A stretch of DNA of 64,000 nucleotides, from assembly GCA_963702425.1 (NCBI GenBank), contig CAVPCQ010000018.1:96001-160000 (forward strand), written 5' to 3'. Position 1 is the first letter of the stretch. Every line of letters begins with the position of its first letter. Made by a program: the position numbers and the translations under genes. Below are positions 53,473 to 64,000 of the stretch, piece by piece. Source of the DNA: an uncultured Acidobacteriota bacterium. Lineage in GTDB: Bacteria > Acidobacteriota > Polarisedimenticolia > J045. A model generated the notes under the pieces. It did no database searches. It saw only the letters and a program-made list of their open reading frames with translations, and was not told the origin of the DNA.

Positions 53473-56400
53473 GCCCGCACCTCGCCACCGGCGCGCTTCC
53501 ACGCCGCGGTCAGCAGTTCCAGCGGCGCGTCGACGACCGGCCGCCCGCCCAGCGTCAGCGTCAGCCGCCGGGCTTCGGTGGCGGGCGCGAACAGTCCGAT
53601 CGGCGCCGCCGGCTCGTCGCCCAGCGCGGTGAGCAGCTCGCCCAGCCGCTCCGGTGCGCAGGCCAGCAGGAACCGCCCGCCCGACTCCGCGAACAGCCGC
53701 GCTTCCCATCCGAGCGGCCGCGTCCGCCGCTTCCGCCGCTCCCGCGGCCCGCTCCACCGGCAGCTGTCCGAGGTCGACCGCCAGCCCGGCGTCGGCGGCC
53801 CGCGCCATCCGGAAGAGCGCAGGCAACAGCCCGCCCGGCCCCGGCGCGTGCGCCGCGCCGACCAGGCCGCGCGCGATCGCGTCGGCCACGCGGCGATAAC
53901 GCGCAGCCCAGGCCGCGGGCTGGAACGCCGGCACGCGATAGCTGGTGACGCCGCGCGCGGCGGCCCACTCGCTGCCCCCCAGCTCGTCGCGCGTCTCGCC
54001 GACCAGCACCAGCACCTGGTCCGCCGCGCCGCGCTCCAGCGTCAGCGCGCGCCGCGCATCGGGGACGATCCCGATCGTCGAGACCAGCAGGCTGGGCGGG
54101 ATGCTGATCCGCCGGCCGCCGACGACGGCGTCGTTCTTCATCGAGTCCTTGCCGGAGATCAGCGGCACGCCGTAGGCGACGCAGATGTCGTGCAGGCCGC
54201 GGCAGGCCCGCACGAGCTGGGCCAGCTTGTGCTCGGCGTCGGGGTTGCTCGGGCCGGGCAGGGGATCGGGCCAGCAGAAGTTGTCGAGCGCGGCGATCCG
54301 CTCCGGATCGGCGCCGGCGGCGATCACGCGCCGCACCGCGAGGTCGACGCCGGCCTCGGCCATCGCCCGCGCGTCGATGTCCGAGTAGCGCGGGAAGATC
54401 CCCTCGGCGAGTGCGTAGCCTTCCCAGCCGTCGTGGTCGACGAGCAGCACCGAGGCGTCGGAGGGCAGGTCGCGGTGCACGCCGACCCACGGCTTCACGA
54501 CCGACAGCGCCTTGACCTCGTGGTCGTAGGTGCGCGCGAGGTCCTCGTTCGAGGCGAGGTTGTGGCGGGAGAGGAACGACGCCGCGATCGCCGCCCCCGC
54601 CGCGCCGTCGGCCGGCGCCGGGAGCGCCGGCGGCTCGGGACCGGACGGCGGCGCGTGGCGCGCGACGAGCTTCATCGGCGGCAGGCCGTCGTGCAGGAAG
54701 GCGAGCGGCAGCCAGGCGACCGTCTTCTCACCGTGCAGCACGTGGAAGATGCCGCTGTCGGTGAACTCGCCCAGGTCGGTCGCCTCGACCTCGCGCCGCC
54801 GCGCCAGCTCCAGGAACGCGTCGAGCTTCTCCGGCGGGACCGCGACCGACATCCGCTCCTGCGCCTCGGAGAGCAGGATCTCCCACGGCGCCAGGCCGTG
54901 GTACTTGAGCGGAGCGGCGGCCAGGTCGAGCCGCGCGCCGCCGGGCGCCGACGCCATCTCGCCGATCGACGACGACAGCCCGCCCGCGCCGTTGTCGGTG
55001 ATCGAGCTGTAGAGGTCCAGCGCGCGCGCTTCCAGCAGGAAGTCGAACATCATCTTCTGCGTGATCGGGTCTCCGATCTGGACCGCCTGGACCGGGCTCT
55101 CTTCCGTCAGCTCCGCGCTGCTGAAGGTCGCGCCGTGGATCCCGTCCTTCCCGATCCGGCCGCCGACCATCACGATCCGGTCGCCGGGCCGCGCGCCCTT
55201 CTCCTCCGCGGGGCGGCCGCCGACCGTCACCGGCATCCGTCCGACCGTGCCGCAGTAGACCAGGGGCTTCCCCAGGTAGCGCTCGTCGAAGAACTCCCAG
55301 CCGCGGCCGTAGGGGATCCCCGACTGGTTGCCGCCGTCGATCACGCCGTGGTGGACGCCGTCGCGGATCCGCCGCGGGTGCAGCAGCCCCTTCGGCAGCT
55401 CGCCCGCGAAGTCGGGGGGTGCGAAGCAGTAGCCCCAGACGTTCGCCAGCAGGTCCGCGCCCAGCCCCGTTCCGAACGGGTCGCGGTTGACGCCGACGAT
55501 CCCGGTGATCGCGCCGCCATAGGGGTCGAGCGCCGAGGGCGAGTTGTGGGTCTCGACCTTGTAGACGAGGTGGTGCCGCTCGGTCGCCGCGATCACGCCG
55601 GCATTGTCGACGAAGACCGAGACCAGCCAGCTCCGGCCGTGCCGGACGCGCAGCGCGGCGTCGATCGTCTCGGTCGCGCCGCGGATGCAGGTCTTGAACA
55701 GCGAGCGGATCGTCTCGGCCGGTCGCCCCGGCTCGTGATACTCGATCTCGGCGGCGAAGATCTTGTGCTTGCAGTGCTCGGACCAGGTCTGCGCCAGGCA
55801 CTCCAGCTCGACGTCGGTCGGCTGCGGCGGCAGGCGCAGCGAGAGCCGCCGCGGGTCGCGTCCGGCCTCGCGGTAGAAGTCGCGGATCGTCCGCATCTCG
55901 TCCAGCGACAGCGCCAGCAGGCGCTCGCGCGAGATCGCCGCCAGCCGCTCGTCGCTGACCTCGAGGTCGATCGCTTCGACCGCGTGCGGCGGTGCGTCCG
56001 CGACGTGCGGGACGCTCAGGTCGGGCGGGGCGGCCAGCCAGTCGCGGTAGTACCGGACCGTCGTGCGCTCGATGACCTCGTTGGCCAGCAGCTCGCGGGC
56101 GATCCGCTGCCCCTCGGGGAGCGACACGCCGCAGAGCAGGTAAAGCCGGCTGGCGTAGACCGCGCCGTGCCCATCGCCGGCGGCGAGCGGGCGGCCGAGC
56201 AGGTCCTCGATCGCGACCTTTGCGCTCTTGCCGACCGGGTCCGTGACGCCCGGCTTGTATCCGACGGCGACGACGACGTCGCAGGCCTCGTCGACCAGGC
56301 GGTCGACCGCGCCGACGCGCACGACCGGCCCGGCGAACTCGCCGGCGACGCGCTGCGCCTCGGCGGCGGAGAGCGCCGGCTCGACGTGGAAGACGTCGCG

Positions 56401-56514
56401 TGCACGGACGCGGCCGACGGGGATGTGCAGGTAGTCGCGGATCCTCTTCGCCACCGATTCGCCGAGGCTGTCGACGAAGCCGGGACGGATCCCGATCTCG
56501 AGCCGGGTGACCAT
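53469..56514 (-). CDS. purL: FGAM synthase synthetase subunit with PurS-like N-terminal region (frameshift near 53710)
   Basis: QTWSEHCKHK, KVETHNSPS, DGIHGATFSS, VQIGDP, DNGAGG, SEAQERM, DNFCWP, SGKDS; native C-terminus LFAESGGRF... is in another frame ending at 53469. Confidence 0.92.
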
Positions 56515-56619
56515 GCGGGTGTCCTTGCGGAAGGCCGGCCAGTCTACCCGATTAGCGGGCCGGACGCGTGCTAGCCTCTCCCGGCCGCCGTTCGCGGCCT
56601 GGCTCGCGCGAGGTGCCCG

Positions 56620-57090
56620 ATGGACCACGTCACCATCCCGATGCCGGCGACCAAGCGGATCGCGCTGATCGCGCACGACAGCAAGAAGGCCGATCTCCTG
56701 GCCTGGGTGCGCTTCAACCGCGACCTCCTGGCGCGGCACCGGCTCTTCGCCACCGGCACGACCGGCCGGCTGCTCGAAGAGGAACTGGGCCTCGAGGTCT
56801 TCCGTTTCCGCAGCGGACCGCTCGGCGGCGACCAGCAGATCGGCGCCAAGATCGTCGAGCACGAGATCGACCTCGTGATCTTCTTCTGGGACCCGCTCGA
56901 AGCCCAGCCGCACGACACCGACGTCAAGGCGCTGCTGCGCATCGCGGTCGTCTGGAACATCCCGGTCGCGTGCGACCGCGCCAGCGCGGACTTCATCATC
57001 TCGTCGCCGCTGATGGTCCAGGAGTACGACCGCATCCTGCCCGACTACGGCAGCTTCGAGGATCGGCCGCTCGACGGCGAGGGGGCCTGA
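56620..57090 (+). CDS. mgsA: Methylglyoxal synthase
   Basis: ALIAHD.KK, ATGTTG, SGPLGGDQQIG, FFWDP, PHD.DVKALLR. Confidence 0.96.
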   Translation: MDHVTIPMPATKRIALIAHDSKKADLLAWVRFNRDLLARHRLFATGTTGRLLEEELGLEVFRFRSGPLGGDQQIGAKIVEHEIDLVIFFWDPLEAQPHDTDVKALLRIAVVWNIPVACDRASADFIISSPLMVQEYDRILPDYGSFEDRPLDGEGA

Positions 57091-57100
57091 CTCGGCGGCC

Positions 57101-57154
57101 CTGCCACGACCCGCCTCGATCCTGTCACGCCGGTGCCACGCGGCCGCCACATCG
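57101..57154 (+). promoter_or_regulatory. Pho-box-like 11-bp direct repeats upstream of phoD
   Basis: CTGTCACGCCG / GTGCCACGCGG / CCGCCACATCG at 11-bp spacing, plus CTGCCAC at 57101. Confidence 0.5.
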
Positions 57155-57211
57155 TTCCCGGATCCTCGTGGCTTCGCGCCGCCCGCCGGCGCCATCCCGA
57201 GGGACCTCGCC

Positions 57212-59431
57212 ATGAAGATCGCCCAGCGCCTTCTCGTCCTGCTGCTCATCACGGCCGCGGCCGTTGCCGCCGGCGTCGCGGCAACCGACGCCGAGCTCGT
57301 GTCCTCCGTGCTGGTGGGACGCCCGGGGGCGATCCCGCTCCGGGACGTGGTCCCCGGCCCGCAGTACTTCGACCTGTCGGTGGCCTCCGGCGACCCCCGG
57401 CCGGACAGCGTCGTGCTGTGGACGCGGCTCAATGACCCGGCGGCGCGCAGCGTGGCGCTGCCCGCCGAACTGTTCGTGGTGCGGGATGCGGGCGCCGGCC
57501 GGTTCGTCGTCGTCGCGCGGCGGCCGGTCCTGGCGGAGGCGGCCAACGACTTCTGCGTCAAGACCAAGGTGACCGGCCTGGACCCGTACACTGTCTATCG
57601 CTACTTCTTCGCGTACCCCCGCGACGGCAAGGTCTGGGTCTCGACCGTCGGGCGGACGAAGACGGCCCCCGCGCCCGGCCAGGACGCGCCGGTCCGCTTC
57701 GCTTACTTCAACTGCCAGGACTTCGTCGGTCGTTACTACAACACCTACCTGCGCTTCCTGCTCGCGCACCCGGACGACGTCGACTTCATCGTTCACCTCG
57801 GCGACATGGTGTACGAGACGACCGGCGATCCGTCGTTCCAGACCCCCGACCCGGCGCGCCGCGTCACCTTCACGGACCTCGCCGGCGCGATCGCGCTCGG
57901 CGATCCGCTCGATCCGTACTACGCGGCCGCGAGCCTCTCGAACTACCGCGAGCTGCACCGCACCTACCGCGGCGATCCCGTGATGCAGCAGGTCCTCGCG
58001 AGCTTCCCGATCCTGGCCACGTGGGACGACCATGAGTACTCCAACGACGCCTGGGGTGACACGGCGACCTATTTCGACGAGCGGATCGACGAGCGGAACA
58101 CCGCGCGCAAGCGCAACGCCGAGCGGGCCTACTTCGAGTACGTGCCGGTCGACGTCGGGATCGACGGCTCCGGCCGGCTGGTCATCGACGACGGCGTGCT
58201 CTACCCCAACACGCGGCTCTACCGCTCGTTCCGCTTCGGGACGAACGTCGATCTCTTCCTGACCGACACCCGCACCCGCCGGCCGGACCATCTGATCCGC
58301 GAGGACGCCTTCCCCGGCGCGATCGCGCTCGATCGTGCGGCGCTGGAAGCGGCGCTCGGCCCCGCCGGCTACCAGACGGTGAAGGGGGGCCTCGACCCGT
58401 ATGCCGCGATCGAGCAGTTCCCGCCGCTGCGCGCCGGGATGGTCGCGATCGTGACCCAGCTGCTGCGGCTCGAGAACCCCTTCCTCTCCCCGCCCGACGC
58501 GCTGCTCCGCGCGCAGGCGCTGGTCTCCGGCAACCAGAGCATCACCTTCGTCAACGCGCTGTTCGCGGCGGTCGGTCTTCCGGCGCCGTTCCCGCCGGGC
58601 TCCGAGGCGACCTTCGACCGCGGGCTGTCCTACCTCTTCCTCGGCAAGCAGCGGCTCTACTCGAGCGTCGGCTCGCGCTCGATCGTCGTCAACGACAGCT
58701 ACAAGCTGCTCTCGGCGATCCTCTACCGCGCGACCGCGGGCGCTTCCGAGGACCTGTTCGGCGCCGAGCAGGAGCGCTGGCTGCGCGAATCGCTCCCGGC
58801 GAGCGGGGCGCGCTTCAAGATCGTCGGCAGCTCGATCTCCGCGACCTCCAAGGTGCTCGACTTCACCAACCCCCTGATCGCGCCGCTGCTGCCGCCCGGC
58901 TTCCCGGACGCGCTGCGCACCCGACTGCAGGTCACCGCGGACGATTGGGACGGCTTCCCCGACAAGCGCCGCGAGCTGGTCGAGCTGCTGCGCCGCGCCG
59001 GCGGCGCGGTCGTGATCTCGGGCGACATCCACGCCGCCTTCGTCGGCGACCACGGCGGCGGCGTCTACGAGTTCACGGGCCCGGCCGCCTCGTCCGAGAG
59101 CTTCCGCGACGAGGTGCTCAACGTGATCGAGTCCGACCCGTCGCTCTCCGGCATCCCCGGGATCGAGCAGCTCGTCGCGCAGCTCGACCTGCTCCTGACC
59201 GTCTCCTCCCAGGATCCCGCCGTGACGCCGTCGCGGATCGCCTTCTCCGACACTGGGTCGTCCGGCTTCGTCGTGATGACGGCGGCGGCGGACGGGCTGA
59301 CCGCGACCTATCACCTGATCGACGCGGCCGAGTCGCGGGTGAGCTACTACGAGGACCCCGACGCGCTCGAGAGCCTGTTCAGCACGCGGAGCTTCCGAGT
59401 GCAGGACGGCGTGCTCACGCCGCTCCCCTGA
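57212..59431 (+). CDS. phoD: Alkaline phosphatase D family protein
   Basis: VASGDP...SVVLWTR, GRTKTAP, CQD, HLGD.VYE, WDDHEY.ND, DTR, WDGF, SGDIH. Confidence 0.9.
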   Translation: MKIAQRLLVLLLITAAAVAAGVAATDAELVSSVLVGRPGAIPLRDVVPGPQYFDLSVASGDPRPDSVVLWTRLNDPAARSVALPAELFVVRDAGAGRFVVVARRPVLAEAANDFCVKTKVTGLDPYTVYRYFFAYPRDGKVWVSTVGRTKTAPAPGQDAPVRFAYFNCQDFVGRYYNTYLRFLLAHPDDVDFIVHLGDMVYETTGDPSFQTPDPARRVTFTDLAGAIALGDPLDPYYAAASLSNYRELHRTYRGDPVMQQVLASFPILATWDDHEYSNDAWGDTATYFDERIDERNTARKRNAERAYFEYVPVDVGIDGSGRLVIDDGVLYPNTRLYRSFRFGTNVDLFLTDTRTRRPDHLIREDAFPGAIALDRAALEAALGPAGYQTVKGGLDPYAAIEQFPPLRAGMVAIVTQLLRLENPFLSPPDALLRAQALVSGNQSITFVNALFAAVGLPAPFPPGSEATFDRGLSYLFLGKQRLYSSVGSRSIVVNDSYKLLSAILYRATAGASEDLFGAEQERWLRESLPASGARFKIVGSSISATSKVLDFTNPLIAPLLPPGFPDALRTRLQVTADDWDGFPDKRRELVELLRRAGGAVVISGDIHAAFVGDHGGGVYEFTGPAASSESFRDEVLNVIESDPSLSGIPGIEQLVAQLDLLLTVSSQDPAVTPSRIAFSDTGSSGFVVMTAAADGLTATYHLIDAAESRVSYYEDPDALESLFSTRSFRVQDGVLTPLP

Positions 59432-59444
59432 GACGGCGCGCAGG

Positions 59445-60257
59445 CTACCCGCGGATGAACATCGCGTAGAGCGTGAGGACGATCTCGACCACGATCAGCA
59501 GCACGATGTACCACTCCACGCGCAGGCTCCGGCGGTCCTGCAGCAGGTCGATCAGCGTCTGCGCGGACTGCGACACCAGGGCCAGCTTGCGGTCGAGGGC
59601 CAGCTGGCGCTCGCGCAGCTCGTACTCGTCGGCGAGCCGGGAGTAGAGCCGGTCGAGCTCCGGCCGGTCCCAGAGGATCTCCGGCTTCTCGCTGATCTCG
59701 GCCCGCCAGACCATCTTGTGCTGGATGAGCAGGCTGCCGCCGAGCTGGCGCAGCAGCTCGCGGCTGGCGGAACCGGCCTGCCCCTCGCGCTGGAGCGACT
59801 TCGCGAGCGGCTCGATCCGGTCGAACGCCGACGCGATCGCGGCCTCGTAGTGGTCGAGGACGACGCTCTTGGCGAGGATGTCGGCCACGACCTGCAGCCG
59901 CTCGAGCGAGAAATCGGACAGGCGCACGCCGCTGGGCACGACCTGCTCCGGCTCGTCCTCGGCCTGCGACAGCAGGACCTCCTCGACGGGCGGCGGGTCG
60001 AACGGCTCGATCACGAAGGGCCGCAGGTTGGCGAGGAACGACGCCTCCTCGACCGGCGAGAGCCCGAAGAGGACGACGACGCCGTAGCGGAACACGACCG
60101 CGCCGCCCGCCTCGCCCGCGGCGAGCGTGAGGGGCCGGGAGGCGAGGCGGCGCGTCGTCTCCAGGGCGCGGGTGTCGATCCGCTCGCCCAGGCAGAGCGC
60201 CCGCACGACCAGTTCCGTCCCCTGCCCGAACAGAGCCCGCGTCACGCGCGCGTCCAT
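59445..60257 (-). CDS. RMD1/DUF155 family membrane protein
   Basis: FRYGVVVLFG, LAKSVVLD.YE, P..LWD, YEL.ER, RVEWYIVLLI.VEI. Confidence 0.88.
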   Translation of the reverse strand: MDARVTRALFGQGTELVVRALCLGERIDTRALETTRRLASRPLTLAAGEAGGAVVFRYGVVVLFGLSPVEEASFLANLRPFVIEPFDPPPVEEVLLSQAEDEPEQVVPSGVRLSDFSLERLQVVADILAKSVVLDHYEAAIASAFDRIEPLAKSLQREGQAGSASRELLRQLGGSLLIQHKMVWRAEISEKPEILWDRPELDRLYSRLADEYELRERQLALDRKLALVSQSAQTLIDLLQDRRSLRVEWYIVLLIVVEIVLTLYAMFIRG

Positions 60258-62376
60258 CACGCCCCCGCGCGCTCCCGCGCGAGGCGGATGAACTCCTCCT
60301 GCGCGGCTCGCCGCGGCTCGCCGCCGGCGGGCCGGCGCCGCTCGTAGCGCCCATCGGGGAGGCCGTCCCAGGCCGAGCTGTTGTCGTTCTCGTAGACCTC
60401 GATGATCCGGTCCAGCTCCTGCCGAACCTCGCGGTCGAGGACCGGCACGATCGTCTCGACGCGGTTCTCGAGGTTCCGCTTCATCCAGTCGGCCGACCCG
60501 GTGTAGTACTCGGTCTCCCCTCCGTTGACGAACCGGTACAGCCGGCTGTGCTCGAGGAAGCGCCCGACGACGCTGTAGACCCGGATCGACTCCGAGAGCC
60601 CCGGCAGCCCGGGCTTGAGGCAGCACAGCCCGCGCACGTTGAGCGTGATCGGCACGCCGGCGCGGCTCGCGCCGTACAGCTCGCAGATCACCTCGCGGTC
60701 CTGGAGCTGGTTCATCTTGGCGTAGATCCCGCACGGACGGCCCGCCCGGGCGTGCTCCGCCTCGCGCCGGATCAGCTCGACGAAGCGCGTCCGCATGAAG
60801 TCGGGCGCGACGAGCAGCCGGCGGTAGCGCTGCGCGCCGATCGCTCCGGTCAGCTCGTTGAAGACCGAGGCGGCGTCCTCGCAGATCTCCGGGTCAGCGG
60901 TCAGGATGCCGAAGTCCTCGTAGATCCGCGCCGTGCCGGTGTGGTAGTTGCCGGTCCCGACGTGGGCGTAGCGCCGGAGCTGGCCCCGTTCCTCGCGCAC
61001 CACGAGCGCCAGCTTGACGTGCGTCTTGAGCCGCTCGACGCCGTAGGCGACGTGGACCCCCTCGTTCTCCAGCAGCTCGCCCCAGGCGATGTTGGGCGCC
61101 TCGTCGAAGCGGGCCGTGATCTCGACCAGGACCGCGACCTGCTTGCCGCGCCGCGCCGCCTCGGCCAGCGCGCGCACGATCGGCGAGTCGCTGCTGGTGC
61201 GGTAGATCGTCAGCTTGATCGCCAGCACCTGCGGATCGACGGCCGCGGACTCGAGAAACCGGAGCACCGAGCTGTCGAAGCCGTCGTAGGGGTGGTGGAG
61301 CAGGATGTCGCCGCGCCGGATCTCGTCGAAGATCGCGCCGCGGTCGGACGGGTCGAGGTCCCTCAGGCGCGGGTGCGCCTGGGGCGTGTGGCGCGGGTAG
61401 CGCAGCTCGTCGCGGTCGACGATGTCGAGCCGCATCAGGTCCGCGATCCCCAGGAAGTGATCGACCGCGTAGACGTCGTCCGGCCCGACCTTGAGCTGGC
61501 TCGCGAGCCAGCGCACGGCCGGTTCCGGCATCGCCGACTCGACCTCGAGCCGCACCGGGCCCGCGAAGCGCCGCGCCTTGAGCTCGTCGGACACGAGCCG
61601 CACGATGCTCCCCGGCTCGCGCAGCTCGTCGTCGGCGGCATCGAGGTCGCGCGCGGGATCCCCTTCCGCGCCGCGCGTGACCCGGAAGGCGTGGACGCGC
61701 GTCACCGGCGTGCCCGGGAAGAGCAGGTCGAGATTGGCGGCGATGACCTGCTCGAGCGGTACCACCCCCGGCCCCCCCGGACGCGGCATCCAGCGCGGCC
61801 GGTTGCCGGGCACCTTCAGGCGCACGAAGCGCTCGCGCGCGCCCTGGCTCGTCCCCCAGCGTGATCGCCAGGTTCAGGCCGAGGTTGCTGATGAAGGGGA
61901 ACGGGTGCTCCGCGTCGACCGCGAGCGGCGTCAGGATCGGGAGGATCCCGGCGCGGAACTGCTCGCGCAGCCGCTCACGCTCGTCCGGGGTGAGGCGCGG
62001 CACGTCGTGGATCGGGATCCCCGCGGCGTCGAGCGCCGGGCGGAGCTGGTCGCGCAGGACCTGCTCGAGCGCGCGGACCTGCCGCAGGATCTCGTCCCGG
62101 CAGGCGGCGAACTCCTCGACCGGCAGCCGGCCGTCGAGCGAGCGCTTGCTGCGGCCGCGCTGCACCTGGCGCTTCAGCCCGCTCACGCGCTTCATGAAGA
62201 ACTCGTCGTGGAGCATCCCCATGATGCCGGCGAACTTGATCCGCTCGAGCAGCTGGCAGCTCGGGATCCTCCACCAGCGCCAGCACGCGCCGCGCGAAGG
62301 CGAGCCAGCTCAACTCGCGGTTGAAGTAGGTTTCGGGAGTGTCGATCGCGATCGACTCGGGTTGAACGGCATCCAC
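60257..62376 (-). CDS. ppk1: Polyphosphate kinase 1 (frameshifts near 61840 and 62255)
   Basis: FNRELSWL.F..RVL, DEFFMKRV, HPFPFISN, LLHHPY, IKLTIYRT, ARFDE, KTHVK, GTGNY, GRFLEHSR, SADWM.RNL across three frames. Confidence 0.92.
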
Positions 62377-62491
62377 GGGGACGGCCTTCCGCGGCGGCGA
62401 AACGGGGAGGGGAGCGGCGCGCCGCCTGAACCAAGGGGATGGTAGCGCGCGAGCCGGGCCGGGCGGAGGCCGGGGATGGGGGAGGCCGTGT

Positions 62492-62513
62492 GACAATTTC
62501 ATCCGTAATTGTC
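62492..62513. promoter_or_regulatory. Inverted-repeat operator candidate between ppk1 and phytase
   Basis: GACAATT-N8-AATTGTC in an AT-rich patch. Confidence 0.4.
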
Positions 62514-62673
62514 CGAAAATGTTCAATAACGTCCGCTCGTCTCAAACCGACTCGTGTAGCGCCACGCTCGCGTGCCCTTTGACCGTGCTGTCGCACAGCG
62601 TTGACGCACCCGTCACGGTGCGGCCGGACACTCCACCCGTATCGCGCCGAGTCGGGCGCAGAAAGGGTGTCCC

Positions 62674-63999
62674 GTGAAAACCACTCGGTTCGCACTCCTG
62701 CTCGCCGTGTCGTTCCTCGCGCTCGCCTTCGCCATGAGCGGGACCCCGCTCATCCGCCCCTCCGCCACCACGGTCCCGCTGCACCAGTACGAGGACGCCC
62801 CGGCCACTCCGGACGCCGACGATCCGGCCCTCTGGTTCAACGCCGAAGCGCCGGCCGACAGCCTGGTCCTGGGAACGCTCAAGGACGGCGGGCTGATCGT
62901 CTTCGACCTGCAGGGGACCATCCGTCGCGCGATCCTTCCCCCCAACGCTCCGGTGATCACGGCCGACGATCCACCGACCCCGGCGGGGCTGAACGCCGTC
63001 GCCGCCGCCTGCCCCGAGAGCGAGGATGGCGAGACGTTCGGCCGCTACAACAACGTCGACCTCGTCGAGGGGTTCTCCTTCGGCGCGCGCACGATCGACC
63101 TCGCGGTCGTCACCGATCGCGGCTGCGACCGGGTCCGGTTCTTCGAGGTGAGCGCCGACGGCGTCACCGACATCACGTCGTCGACCGTGGACCGCGTCTT
63201 CCCGGAGCGCTTCGTGAATCCGTCGCCCCTCCAGCCCGGCAGCCTCGAGGCCGGCCTGCAGGACAACCCGCTCGACGACCAGAACACCGGGTACGGCCTC
63301 GCGGTCTGGCCGAACGCGGAGGGGCTCGATCTGTTCGTCTCGCAGCGCTCGCGCAGCAACGTCAAGCAGCTGCGTGTCGAGCGGGCGAGCGACGGCCTGC
63401 TGACCTACCGCACGCTGCGCGAGTTCCGTTTCGACCCGATCTTCGCGCTGACGACCAGCACGGGCGAGTCGCTGCCCTGGACCCCGTGCCGCGAGAGCGC
63501 CGACGATGACCCGCAGTCCGAGGGGCTCGTCGTCGACCCGGCGGGCACGCTCTACGTCGGGTTCGAGGACATCGGCGTCTATCGCATCGCGCTGTCCGCC
63601 GCGCTGCCGGAGATCGTGCAGGTCTCCAACGACGCGCTGTTCGAGCCGGTGAAGAGCTTCGGCCGGGCCTACTGGGCGATCCCCGACGGTGACGAGTTCG
63701 AGTGCGAGATCGAGCCGGCGGGTCAGCCCGAGAACGGGACGATCGTCGCGGCGGGAGCGCCGGAGTTCGCGGGTCAGCACATCGAGGCCGATACCGAGGG
63801 AATGGTCGTGGTGCCGGAGCTGGGAGCCGGCGGCACGCTGATCGTCTCGAGCCAGGGCGACAACACCTTCCAGACCTTCTCGCTGGCAAAGGACAACCAG
63901 TGGCTCGGGCAATTCTCGGTCCTGGGCGTCGGCGACACCGACGGGCTCGCGATCACGACCCGCGCGCTGGGGCCGGACTACCCCTTCGGCGCTCTGATC
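62674..63999 (+). CDS. Secreted beta-propeller phytase (3' truncated by window edge; absent from the ORF track)
   Basis: Signal peptide; DADDPALW, GTLKDGGL.VFDL.G, NNVD, QSEG.VVD, ADTEG, VSSQGDNTF, TDG. Confidence 0.9.
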   Translation, partial: MKTTRFALLLAVSFLALAFAMSGTPLIRPSATTVPLHQYEDAPATPDADDPALWFNAEAPADSLVLGTLKDGGLIVFDLQGTIRRAILPPNAPVITADDPPTPAGLNAVAAACPESEDGETFGRYNNVDLVEGFSFGARTIDLAVVTDRGCDRVRFFEVSADGVTDITSSTVDRVFPERFVNPSPLQPGSLEAGLQDNPLDDQNTGYGLAVWPNAEGLDLFVSQRSRSNVKQLRVERASDGLLTYRTLREFRFDPIFALTTSTGESLPWTPCRESADDDPQSEGLVVDPAGTLYVGFEDIGVYRIALSAALPEIVQVSNDALFEPVKSFGRAYWAIPDGDEFECEIEPAGQPENGTIVAAGAPEFAGQHIEADTEGMVVVPELGAGGTLIVSSQGDNTFQTFSLAKDNQWLGQFSVLGVGDTDGLAITTRALGPDYPFGALI

Positions 64000-64000
64000 A

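Noticed and set aside
52654-57591. 1645-aa ORF suggesting a large fused PurL-PurQ
   Set aside because: The native PurL C-terminus (LFAESGGRF...) is in another frame and ends overlapping the purQ ATG; the fusion results from one indel near 53710, and the N-terminal extension is antisense to mgsA/phoD

Overview
Very GC-rich bacterial chromosomal DNA. Gene content resembles Acidobacteriota or myxobacteria-like lineages (inference only). Contents in order: a peptide/amino-acid scavenging run (YfcC-type transporter, amidohydrolase, M14 and M28 peptidases); a flavin reductase, an AsmA-like envelope protein and mutM; a 9.3-13 kb 'graveyard' of truncated or internally deleted genes (RHS, aroC 5' end, AbiEii toxin-antitoxin pair, IS transposase, VapBC); rfbBAC; three sigma-54 enhancer-binding proteins with two histidine kinases; tsaD, mtnA, pyk, miaE, alr, purL/purQ; and a phosphate-scavenging cluster (mgsA, phoD, RMD1-like, ppk1, beta-propeller phytase). 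Most notable signals: (1) four secreted proteins built on three different repeat types (30519's export signal is short) end in the same unnamed Cys-containing ~90-110 aa C-terminal domain, a candidate sorting, secretion or anchoring tag; (2) two intergenic sigma-54 promoters, one with a perfect IHF site, appear to drive short structured non-coding transcripts; (3) both AAA+/DUF4143 genes have a private palindromic operator at their start; (4) GTAG-type REP elements supply stop codons. Several housekeeping genes carry single-base frameshifts, most likely assembly errors. All assignments come from motif recognition, not database searches.
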